Positions 1 through 8,081 of a DNA stretch of 30,875 nt are shown here, in pieces. The notes beneath the pieces are model-generated. The model saw nothing but the letters and a program-made list of their open reading frames with translations, made no database searches and had not been told where the DNA came from. Position 1 is the first letter of the stretch, and each line of letters begins with the position of its first letter. Source of the DNA: Candidatus Bathyarchaeia archaeon (GTDB lineage Archaea; Thermoproteota; Bathyarchaeia; Bathyarchaeales; Bathycorpusculaceae); the NCBI GenBank assembly GCA_050010515.1, contig JBEKKX010000029.1, positions 1-30,875 on the forward strand, in the 5' to 3' direction. Made by a program: the position numbers and the translations under genes.

Positions 1-1
1 C

Positions 2-34
2 TCCTAGACGGTAGACGCAACCTGCCGTCTAGGA
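2..34. repeat. 13-bp stem-loop (inverted repeat)
   Basis: TCCTAGACGGTAG-acgcaac-CTGCCGTCTAGGA; 12 Watson-Crick pairs + 1 G-U. Confidence 0.8.
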
Positions 35-175
35 AACACACTTAGCGAGTTAGCAAAAGAACCTACTGCCGATTCATCTGCAACCTAACGGTTGCAGTAT
101 TCTCGTCAAGTTTTAATAAAAAAAGAAAATTTATTGGCAGCCTATGAAAAGATTGATTGCTTAGAGTCACGTGTT

Positions 176-538
176 TTAAACTCGGCTTCCGAACTTTTTC
201 TTCGTACATTCTTCGCAAAAATTGTCCTTGAACCTTCTTATCCGTCTGGGCTGAAAGAGTTTTCCGCAACCACTGCACTTTATTTGATTAACCCCTTTAG
301 GCTCAAGCAACTTAAGTCTTCTCTCAATCTCAGCTTTAACCTCAGAATTATCCTCCCTCTCCAAAGCAGCTTTCAACAAAGCCTTAGCTTGCTCCAAGCT
401 TTTGTCTTTGAAAACATGAAGGAAAAAACAATCTGATTTTCCAGCGCCTAATTGTACCGGTAGCATACAAACAAAATTTTGAGGATAACTCTTAGACTTA
501 CTAAAGTCAACAACAGCGAAGCGAAAGCGTTTTCGCAT
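176..538 (-). CDS. hypothetical protein with C-terminal zinc finger
   Basis: ORF 176..625; likely start ATG at 538 (MRKRFRFAVVDF...); C-terminal CSGC...FCEEC motif. Confidence 0.7.
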   Translation of the reverse strand: MRKRFRFAVVDFSKSKSYPQNFVCMLPVQLGAGKSDCFFLHVFKDKSLEQAKALLKAALEREDNSEVKAEIERRLKLLEPKGVNQIKCSGCGKLFQPRRIRRFKDNFCEECTKKKFGSRV

Positions 539-760
539 ACTATTATTATCATCCGCATAATACTCGAAAACTTGCAGTCTAAGATCCAAGTTGATAAACC
601 TTGAATGAAAGAGGAGACGAATCAAGTTAATATCTGTGTCTAATAGTTCGCTTTTTTACTTTAATGCCATGTAACAGTTTCTAATTCTCGCTTCAGGAAT
701 TATTTAAATCTGCAACTAAGAATACTGAACTCATATGTTTGAGCGTTTAAGCGTTTAATG

Positions 761-946
761 TTACTTGCAGTATTTCGCTGCTTCCTCGATGTAGTCTTTG
801 ATCTCTTGAAGTAATGTAGGTGGATAAAATTGAAGACGAATCTTCGCTTTTTGCCTATCCTTGAAATATGCGGTGAGCGTTTCGCTCTTTATTTCGGCTT
901 TCTCAAAATCGCGTAAGAGGTACATTTCAGGGTCTTGCCTCTCCAT
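761..946 (-). pseudogene. 3' half of a split PH-domain-like gene
   Basis: MERQDPEMYLLRDFEKAEI... is duplicated at 1706..1763, where it is preceded by a plausible N-terminal half. Confidence 0.6.
889..946. repeat. 58-bp direct repeat, copy 1
   Basis: 56/58 identical to 1706..1763. Confidence 0.95.
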
Positions 947-1033
947 TCCCCACGAGAATCTTGGCGAGTAAGTCCGCTTCTTGATGAGGAAAAAAGAGAA
1001 AAATAGAGAAGTAAATGTGCCTACGCCGAGGTT

Positions 1034-1090
1034 TTACTTTTTCTTTTCTGGGGCTTTCTTTTCTTCTTTCTTAACTGGTTTCTTGGCCAC
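1034..1090 (-). CDS. 18-aa Lys-rich micropeptide MAKKPVKKEEKKAPEKKK
   Basis: GTG start with GAGGT RBS 8 nt upstream, TTATAAATA box further upstream, T-rich tract downstream on the minus strand; not in the ORF track. Confidence 0.55.
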   Translation of the reverse strand: MAKKPVKKEEKKAPEKKK

Positions 1091-1359
1091 TAATAATACC
1101 TCGGGATTTTATATATGTCAGTAATTTGTATTTATAATTTGTTAAAGCCCACGCTGTATTTGAGACTCTTTAATTGAAATCGCAAGAATTAAGCCATAAA
1201 ATCTCTAAAGGTTTCTGGGTTTCGATTGCTTGCCTTGGACAAAGTTAAATGGTTCCATTTCGAATAGCTTGTAATTTGGAGCCAAAAATGCCTTACCTGA
1301 GTCAATTTAGAAACAAAAAAAGAAGATGTTACGTTTTTAATTTAGAGGAAAAAGATAAC

Positions 1360-1400
1360 AAAGGTTAATATTTCTTTAAAAAGAAAAAGAGGCTAGGAGT
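1360..1400 (+). promoter_or_regulatory. putative BRE/TATA and RBS of the histone gene
   Basis: AAAAGG-TTAATA at about 1360-1370; AGGAG at 1395-1399, ahead of ATG 1408. Confidence 0.5.
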
Positions 1401-1407
1401 AGTCGTT

Positions 1408-1629
1408 ATGACTGAATTAGAAATAGCTGTAGCTCCCATGCACAGGTTATGTAAGAAAGCTGGTGCTGACAGAGTGAGCGAAGCAGCAGCAAAGGAACTT
1501 GCAAAGACACTTGAAGAAATCGGCGTAAAAATCGCTAAAGAAGCACTGGATTTTGCGATACATGCTGGAAGGAAAACCATTAAAGCTGAAGATATTGAAA
1601 TTGCCGCTAGAAAAGTCATGGAAAAATAA
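1408..1629 (+). CDS. archaeal histone (HMfA/HMfB family)
   Basis: APMHRLCKKAGADRVSEAA...A.HAGRKTIKAEDI histone-fold signature, 73 aa. Confidence 0.97.
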   Translation: MTELEIAVAPMHRLCKKAGADRVSEAAAKELAKTLEEIGVKIAKEALDFAIHAGRKTIKAEDIEIAARKVMEK

Positions 1630-1643
1630 TCAGTTAGCTTCCC

Positions 1644-1656
1644 TTCTCTCTTTTTT
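1644..1656 (+). terminator. oligo-T terminator of the histone gene
   Basis: TTCTCTCTTTTTT about 15 nt after the stop codon. Confidence 0.5.
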
Positions 1657-1707
1657 GTCGAAGCTCAATGCGACAGGATTGAAGTTGCAGGAAGCGTAAG
1701 AAGACTT
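1657..1707 (+). pseudogene. fragment of a family X DNA polymerase / nucleotidyltransferase gene
   Basis: translates to VEAQCDRIEVAGSVRRL, the PolX 'C.RIE.AGS.RR' motif; no start codon, cut off by the repeat. Confidence 0.65.
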
Positions 1708-1763
1708 ATTTCGGCTTTCTCAAAATTGCGTAAGAGGTACATTTCGGGGTCTTGCCTCTCCAT
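1706..1763. repeat. 58-bp direct repeat, copy 2
   Basis: 56/58 identical to 889..946. Confidence 0.95.
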
Positions 1764-1888
1764 AATGTTAAGGCGCGGGTTATGCTTCTCTTGTTGGGCG
1801 TTGAGGCGATGAGTGGTTAACCAGCCTCACCATTTGCCAGCTTGAAGGATAAGATTTCTTTTTCGCCGGGAAAGCCATCAAATTTCAT
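1706..1888 (-). pseudogene. 5' half of the split PH-domain-like gene (also frameshifted near 1825)
   Basis: MKFDGFPGEKEILSFKLANGE / GWLTTHRLNAQQEKHNPRLNIMERQDPEMYLL...; the GE...LTTHRL pattern resembles prokaryotic PH domains. Confidence 0.55.
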
Positions 1889-2111
1889 AATGCCCTATTG
1901 TGAGTAAGTGCTATTTCCTTTTTTTCTTTTTTAAGAAACCTTTCACTTTCACTTACCCCTTCACTGCCCAAATGTGTAGTTTGTTCGCTTTCCTTTTAAG
2001 CGGTCTAAACTATATGCACGAGCCCAAGTGAAAGCCTATGAAAAAGCAATTTCTAAAATGCTTGATTTAACACTATACTGTAATGCTCATTTGACATTTG
2101 AAGGTTAAATA

Positions 2112-4364
2112 ATGTCTGGTTCAGGGAAGCAACTATTATCGGAAATAGAGGCAAGTCGGCTCTACTTTAAGGAGGCTCTTGACGCCTATAAGGAGAAAAT
2201 TGGGCAGCTTGATCGAATAGAGTCTCTTAAGCTAATTAACCAAATAGTTGACGAAGGTAAGATTTTTCGCCATCTTAGTATTGTAGGATATATTTTGCAA
2301 AAGATTGCGTTGCCAGATAATCTCTTTTTTGAGATTCTAACGAAAGTTATGGAAAAAACAAGTCGTGATATGGCACAGTCTTTACTTATAAAAGACTTAG
2401 TTGAAATAGGCTTTGAAAATCCAGAGCTCGGTTCAGAAATATACCAAACGGCAAAAAAGTTGAATAAACCCAGCCTTTTGTTATCCTGCCGTTGGATTTT
2501 CGGAGGCGTTGGCGAAAGGAACTTTGCATTAATTCATAAAGATGTACTTCAGGATATCAAGGCAGTTAACCCTGAATTACGTATCTCTGCCTTAACGGCA
2601 ATAAAGTTATCATTCGCAAAAGGAACCATCCCAAGTTGGGTCTCTGAAATTTTTTCGCTTTTGGATAGCAAACAAGATGATCCAGACCAAAAAGTGAAAA
2701 CAGAGCTTCTCCGCACATATTTGGCCTTCTACAGCTATGCTAAAGACCGATGCTTTTCAGCGATTTTAGACCTTTCTAAAAAGGATAATGAGCTAATGGA
2801 TGATGCATCAAACTTACTGTTTAACAAGGATTTGACTACACAACATTACTTGATAATGGTGGAATTTCTAGCAGGCAGTAAAGAAAAGCGTATTCTTGAG
2901 ACCATTTTGCTATCATTCCACAACTGGGCTAAGAAAGAACTAATCGAACCTGAATTGAAAATTGTTTACGGAATGTTTCAGCGTTTTTCTTTTTTTGACT
3001 TAGGAACTCTTAATGAAGCTTTAAATGAAATGGGAAACGCTGACTTAGAAACGTGCTTAAAATATGTTTATTGCTGGTCACAAGACGAAGATGCCAAGAT
3101 CCGATACTTTGCACCAAATATAGCTGTAGAATTTGCGCGAAATGACTTCGGCAAACTAGTTGACAGCATAAACTTCTCAAGTAATTCAGAAAAGGACTGG
3201 TTCATTTTCGAAACCTCACGAATCCTACTTGAACAAATTTATGAAAGATCATCTGAAGGAAAGAACCTTACAGAATCTGACCAAAGGACCATCAACAACT
3301 TGCTTGAAAAACTGAAAGGTTTAGCTAAAACTAAAGGTCTAAATTCGGAAGAAATTGCAAATAAAGAGCAATTGACTTTCTACAAATGCCTTATTCTAAT
3401 AGAGGTAATGAAGAATGCATGCGCAAACATAGACTACAACTTGGTCAGCCACAATCTTGAGTTATTTCCAAACATTAGGAGGTTCCTAGGGGATAAATGG
3501 CTTAAGAAAATGGAACAGGAGCAGAACAAAACCCATCCATTATTAGCGTTCTTAAACGATAAAATGCTGGACCCACAAGAGCTACAGCACAAAGTGGTCG
3601 AAGCAGAGACTTTGCAAGGTACGTCCAAAAGACTTGCGTATCTCCGTATTAAGCACTCGCTAAGAACTCGTGCTTTACTAATTCATCTTGAAAATGAATT
3701 ATCAATAATTAAAGACAGCCCTTGCTTGAAAAATATGAAAGCGGCACTTCGCAAGGAAGAGCATTTCTGGAAAGTCTTTAGTGAAATAGATGTTATGAGC
3801 CGCCTTATCAGGTGCTTTTCTTTGGAAATATCACCACCGTTAGAAATACAAGACGGTCAGATAACCAAAGTCAAACATCCAGACTTTGGTCTAACATTTA
3901 ACGGAAACAAGCTTTATGTGGAAGTAATTGCCCCAGAAATGTTTTCGGCGTTAAGGTATTTTCAAAGTGCTGGTTTACCTGACAATAGAGTTAGAGCTAA
4001 AATAACTGAAGAACTAAAAAGCCATTTCAGAGGCATGAAAACCACAGGAGACGTCATAATTATCGTCGATTTAGCAAGCACAGAATTACATTATGAAAAT
4101 ATCCAAGACTACGTCGAAGGAGACATGCAATTTATCTTTAGAATGAATGCACAGACTCGTGAGGAGGGGGGAATTTATACTCAGCGTGGAGAACCAATGA
4201 TAAATAAGGATGAAGAAACCAAAATAGTAGTCGGTATCATTGGATTTACGAGGGTTATAGGGACCGATGGCAGAGTACATCTGAAGGGTCGAAAGTTTCT
4301 TAATCCACAATCTTCACAGAAGTCCCGATTATTGGATAGTGTAACTAAAGCCTTGTTGGGATAA
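2112..4364 (+). CDS. HEAT/ARM-repeat protein with C-terminal PD-(D/E)XK-like nuclease domain
   Basis: helical repeats (NPELRISALTAI, DPDQKVKTELL, DEDAKIRYFA); C-terminal FSEIDV...HPDFGL...LYVEV motif. Confidence 0.6.
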   Translation: MSGSGKQLLSEIEASRLYFKEALDAYKEKIGQLDRIESLKLINQIVDEGKIFRHLSIVGYILQKIALPDNLFFEILTKVMEKTSRDMAQSLLIKDLVEIGFENPELGSEIYQTAKKLNKPSLLLSCRWIFGGVGERNFALIHKDVLQDIKAVNPELRISALTAIKLSFAKGTIPSWVSEIFSLLDSKQDDPDQKVKTELLRTYLAFYSYAKDRCFSAILDLSKKDNELMDDASNLLFNKDLTTQHYLIMVEFLAGSKEKRILETILLSFHNWAKKELIEPELKIVYGMFQRFSFFDLGTLNEALNEMGNADLETCLKYVYCWSQDEDAKIRYFAPNIAVEFARNDFGKLVDSINFSSNSEKDWFIFETSRILLEQIYERSSEGKNLTESDQRTINNLLEKLKGLAKTKGLNSEEIANKEQLTFYKCLILIEVMKNACANIDYNLVSHNLELFPNIRRFLGDKWLKKMEQEQNKTHPLLAFLNDKMLDPQELQHKVVEAETLQGTSKRLAYLRIKHSLRTRALLIHLENELSIIKDSPCLKNMKAALRKEEHFWKVFSEIDVMSRLIRCFSLEISPPLEIQDGQITKVKHPDFGLTFNGNKLYVEVIAPEMFSALRYFQSAGLPDNRVRAKITEELKSHFRGMKTTGDVIIIVDLASTELHYENIQDYVEGDMQFIFRMNAQTREEGGIYTQRGEPMINKDEETKIVVGIIGFTRVIGTDGRVHLKGRKFLNPQSSQKSRLLDSVTKALLG

Positions 4365-4368
4365 AGAG

Positions 4369-5181
4369 ATGAAAAAAAGGAAGAAAGAGAAGCTTGTCCT
4401 TATCGCTCCTAGTGGTGAAGAATACAAAATTGGCTTTCTAAGGCCTTGTACTGATGGATTTGTTTTGGGGACAACACAAATGGAAGGAGAAAGCTCGCAT
4501 CTTACTATCCTTCACAAGGAAGACATATTGTCAGCTCATATTACTCCTCAGAATTCATTAAAACAGCAACAGTACTTTCCCCCAGTTAGTCTGAAAGAAA
4601 CCAAAACCCGGTTAGGCTACCTGATTGAGAACAAAATGATTTTTCAACTTTCACAAGAACAGTTATCGGAAGAGGTATTTTACCTAACCAAGAAATTCCA
4701 AGACTGGTTTGATGCTTTGATCAGTGCTCTCTTCCAAAAGGAAACAAGTGAAAATCAAGTAACCTATGTCATTAATTTCAAGAGACTGTTCGATGAGCTT
4801 CCCAATCTTGTTGAGCAGCTAAAGATCTCACCACAATCTTTCTTTGGAATATGCAAAGCTCAGAACATACTATCAGACAGTTCGATAGCAATAGGAATTA
4901 GCAACTCAAAAAGCTTAATTATCCCAATCGAAAAAGAGCTCATAGGCATAGACCTAAGCACTTTTACAAACTTAGAATTCATACCCTCAACAGACAAGCC
5001 CCAATTAGATAGTCCCCTAACCGAAATATACCAAAGTATGGGAATAAATCAATACATAAAACAAGAGATCATAGACAAACAGTTTTTTGAGAAGTTGCTG
5101 ACACCTGAAAAGTGGCAAGCTGAAGCCTTAAGGCTTGAAACAAAGCTAAAGAAAAATGATCACACTGGCTCAGTTTTATGA
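4369..5181 (+). CDS. hypothetical protein, co-transcribed with the upstream gene
   Basis: 270-aa ORF starting 4 nt after the previous stop; no recognisable motif. Confidence 0.75.
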   Translation: MKKRKKEKLVLIAPSGEEYKIGFLRPCTDGFVLGTTQMEGESSHLTILHKEDILSAHITPQNSLKQQQYFPPVSLKETKTRLGYLIENKMIFQLSQEQLSEEVFYLTKKFQDWFDALISALFQKETSENQVTYVINFKRLFDELPNLVEQLKISPQSFFGICKAQNILSDSSIAIGISNSKSLIIPIEKELIGIDLSTFTNLEFIPSTDKPQLDSPLTEIYQSMGINQYIKQEIIDKQFFEKLLTPEKWQAEALRLETKLKKNDHTGSVL

Positions 5182-5228
5182 ACGTATCAAATCATTACTT
5201 TTGCAACTATATCTAATAGTGATTTAAG

Positions 5229-5993
5229 CTATGCATTCACTGTGAGAGTAACTTCATGAGTTGCTGCTTCATTGCCATCTGCGAACACAGTAATGGTGAT
5301 AACGTACTTCCCAGGCAGCATATTTTGCGACACTAGATTGAAGCTGTAGTCTATACTTGTCCCTAATGAGCCTAAACCATTGATTGAACTAAAATTAGGT
5401 GTTATCGTTAGCCCTGAAGTACCTGACTGCGCTGTTGCTGTTGCTGAGAAATCCGTATAAGTGGCATGACCATCGCTCTTTATTTCAAAGTGCAGAGCTG
5501 TATTATCATTTTGTCCAATTTGACTTTTTTCTGGAACAAGTGGATACCCTAAGGGTTCCGTCCAATGAACATTTACAATTTCTATTGATGGGAGCACATA
5601 GCACGTAGGATTAATATTAGCTACAGTTGTGGTTCTATTGTAGGTATAGCTAACTGTTATTGGGTAATAACCATTAGCAATATCTGCTACTTGAATGGTG
5701 CAGGAAACTTGTTTCGTAGCGTTAGCTGAGATGTTAATTGAGTTTGAAGTAACTGTGCCAAATGCGTTTGACTTCAGAGTCACAAAAACTCCTTTTGCCT
5801 CTCCACCAGTATTCTGTACACTAACAGGAACTGTATATGCTAACGTCGCTTCTGCTAAAAATGAGTCTAAACTGACAGATAGTACTGCTGGTTGTGTTGG
5901 TTCTTTTGGTGGCAAAGTAAGGTAATAGCCTGCTACTACGCTTGCTATGACAATTATAGCTATTGCAATTGCTGCAATGTACTTATTTTCCAA
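5229..5993 (-). CDS. membrane-anchored surface protein with two Ig-like (CARDB/NEW3-like) domains
   Basis: N-terminal TM helix IAAIAIAIIVIASVVAGYYL; VQNTGG and G.Y.ITV beta-sandwich motifs; several N-x-S/T sequons. Confidence 0.75.
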   Translation of the reverse strand: MENKYIAAIAIAIIVIASVVAGYYLTLPPKEPTQPAVLSVSLDSFLAEATLAYTVPVSVQNTGGEAKGVFVTLKSNAFGTVTSNSINISANATKQVSCTIQVADIANGYYPITVSYTYNRTTTVANINPTCYVLPSIEIVNVHWTEPLGYPLVPEKSQIGQNDNTALHFEIKSDGHATYTDFSATATAQSGTSGLTITPNFSSINGLGSLGTSIDYSFNLVSQNMLPGKYVITITVFADGNEAATHEVTLTVNA

Positions 5994-6133
5994 TTGTCAG
6001 TGCCTCAAATTAAATACTTTAGCGTTTGCAGTATTTAGTTTTTGTCAACTTATGTATGTTAAAATCACGTATTTTCATCATTTTTGTTGCCACACTTACT
6101 CAGAGCATGCAAAGCAAGCGCGCCGCACTTTCA

Positions 6134-6406
6134 TTATCTACTTTTGCTCTTTTTGTATTCTTCGTACTTTTCCAGTAGTTCGTTCATCTGGCTGTTTATG
6201 AAGTGTTCAGCATCACGGAAGGGCGTGTCCATCTCTTTCACGGCTTCATTTACCTTCTCGTATTCTTCCCGGGAAATCTCTAGGCGCTGGTTGTCACCTT
6301 TGAGCCAGGTTAACCTGAAGCGTATGGCGTCGCGCACAAACTCTTCTTTGGTGGTGAAGCCCAACTGCTTGTTTTCTTCGATGAAATTCTGAGTTTGAGT
6401 CGGCAG
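6134..6406 (-). CDS. ribbon-helix-helix-like regulator (start uncertain, possibly degenerate)
   Basis: NFIEENKQLGFTTKEEFVRDAIRFRL RHH-like helices; frame open to 6412; CTG at 6406 follows a GGAG; the in-frame ATG at 6421 hits TAA after 2 codons. Confidence 0.55.
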   Translation of the reverse strand: MPTQTQNFIEENKQLGFTTKEEFVRDAIRFRLTWLKGDNQRLEISREEYEKVNEAVKEMDTPFRDAEHFINSQMNELLEKYEEYKKSKSR

Positions 6407-6434
6407 CTTCTGTTACTCCATGAAAACGTCAATT

Positions 6435-6503
6435 TTAGTATAAATAGGGTCAAAAGAAAAATTTGCCCAAGGCATTTCTAGCCTAGAAAAATTTTGCCTC
6501 AAG
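6435..6503. promoter_or_regulatory. divergent promoter/operator region
   Basis: TATA-like TATAAATA near 6440; imperfect direct repeat AGAAAAATTTGCCCAAG / AGAAAAATTTTGCCTCAAG; palindrome TTTCTAG-C-CTAGAAA 6475-6489. Confidence 0.45.
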
Positions 6504-6594
6504 TCAAAACCGCCAAAACAGGCACGAATAATGTGATAAGCTAGTTCCGAAAGCCCTAATTTTTGCTCTCAGCGTCGGAGGCGAACTGAAAACT

Positions 6595-6972
6595 TTGGCG
6601 CGGAAGAACTGCAAAGGCACAAAGCTTGAAGTGTTTAGTGGCAAACAGGAGAGCCTAAACCGAGTCATATGCCAAATTCTTGAATGGAAGAGCCCTCTCA
6701 TTGCTTATGATGTTTGGCGCCAACTCAAAGCAATCAAAGGCTTCAAGTACATCGATTCCAAGACGGCTTATAGGCGTATGGAAGCATTAGAACAGGAGGG
6801 CTGGATCGTTCAGAAAGGAACAAGACAGGGAAAAAGAGGCGGGGATAAAATACTCTACGAGTTGACACTCAAAGGGAAAGCAGCTCTTCGGCTATATGAA
6901 AAAAGCTTAGAAGAATTTCTCCGCACAGCCACAGACGAGCAACTACTCAAGTTCATCGACTCATTCTCATAG
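6595..6972 (+). CDS. winged helix-turn-helix transcription regulator (PadR/MarR-like)
   Basis: AYDVWRQL...TAYRRMEALEQEGWI...LYELTLKGK; GGAGG RBS before TTG. Confidence 0.85.
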   Translation: MARKNCKGTKLEVFSGKQESLNRVICQILEWKSPLIAYDVWRQLKAIKGFKYIDSKTAYRRMEALEQEGWIVQKGTRQGKRGGDKILYELTLKGKAALRLYEKSLEEFLRTATDEQLLKFIDSFS

Positions 6973-7020
6973 CACGGGATATAGCAAACACTTTAAGTTC
7001 AAATTCAGATCATTCTCAGA

Positions 7021-7209
7021 CATTAATTTAATGCCTCTGCCGAATCAGGTTTGCAACCGTTTCCAAATTCCGTTGGAAAGCCTATTCATCAAGCTTACAC
7101 TGGATTAACCACTTTTTAATCTCACGGAGACAGCAAAATTTAGATTTGGAGGATATATCCGATTTTGGACACATGTCTTTACAAGCCTCAAAAAGCCAAG
7201 TTGGCTTTT
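7021..7209. promoter_or_regulatory. cluster of palindromes upstream of the morphogenesis operon
   Basis: CATTAA-T-TTAATG 7021-7033; GGTT-TGC-AACC 7048-7058; TTTCCAA-N6-TTGGAAA 7060-7079; GGATATATCC 7151-7160; AAAAGCCAA-G-TTGGCTTTT 7191-7209. Confidence 0.5.
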
Positions 7210-7329
7210 CAGCGATAGATGCTTTTTATTTTTAGCCTGCAAGACCTTAATGAAACGTGGGCAAGCGCTTTTTGTTAAAGCGTCCTTCAGTTTCACCTCG
7301 CCGCCTTCGAGTGGCTTTTAGGGGATATT

Positions 7330-7590
7330 ATGCACAAGAGAAACGTTGAGAAATTGCAATCTGTAAAGATACAGAAAATTATACTTCACAGTAGCTTCCA
7401 CGATAAGAAATTAGCTGAAGTGATTTCTAGAATGACACGTTTAGAGGTGATGGAGCAGTTGAAAGAGCCTATTGAGGTTCATCTTGTGCCAGATGTGGAG
7501 AAGGGCGAAGTGTTACTTGATTTGCGTGGAAGGGGCAGTTTGCAACGGGAAAATGATTCTGCTCAAAATAGCAGGTTTAGGCTGTATTGA
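7330..7590 (+). CDS. hypothetical protein (first gene of the operon)
   Basis: 86-aa ORF overlapping the next gene (TTGA); start uncertain. Confidence 0.6.
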   Translation: MHKRNVEKLQSVKIQKIILHSSFHDKKLAEVISRMTRLEVMEQLKEPIEVHLVPDVEKGEVLLDLRGRGSLQRENDSAQNSRFRLY

Positions 7591-8081
7591 GTAATCGCAG
7601 ATTAAACAAAAAATTTAAGAGGATTATAACTATGAGGCGTAATCCAAGTTCCATTGTTCTAGTTGAAAGGCGTATTTTTGATCTTCGACAAACAGCTAGA
7701 CAAACGCTTAAGACTAATGTAGATACGCAGCTTCTTAGAAATACGTGGATTGAGAAACTTGATGATTTGTTTTCTATCGCTACTTCGATGGCGAAGGGTG
7801 ACGGCAAACCACAGCAAGTTGGCGATAAGCCAGAGATTATAGCTCCTAAGGAGCGGCAGCTGTGGGCTCATGTAGCTGCTCATACTGCGGAGGTTATGGG
7901 TAACTTGGCAAGGGGGTTTGATGAGCGGCAGTTTAATGAGGATTTAGCTGAATTGGAACGGTTGGTAGATGAGATCAAAAAGCTTCAAGCTCAAAGAGCT
8001 GAGAAAGGAGATCGACCAGCAGAAAGGAAACCTGCCGATAAATGCAGTGAAACAGGCATCGAAAGCGTTAGTGATCCCTGA
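7587..8081 (+). CDS. putative terminase small subunit
   Basis: helical/coiled-coil protein immediately upstream of, and overlapping, TerL; positional call only. Confidence 0.5.
   Translation: MSNRRLNKKFKRIITMRRNPSSIVLVERRIFDLRQTARQTLKTNVDTQLLRNTWIEKLDDLFSIATSMAKGDGKPQQVGDKPEIIAPKERQLWAHVAAHTAEVMGNLARGFDERQFNEDLAELERLVDEIKKLQAQRAEKGDRPAERKPADKCSETGIESVSDP

Noticed and set aside
63-436. ORFs 63..278(-) and 92..436(+)
   Set aside because: Shadows of the zinc-finger gene 176..538; no motifs
1365-1619. 84-aa minus-strand ORF
   Set aside because: Antisense shadow of the histone gene
889-1763. 58-bp repeats as attL/attR of the large viral cluster, or as a CRISPR array
   Set aside because: They enclose only 759 bp, I saw no third copy near the cluster, and there is no repeat-spacer periodicity
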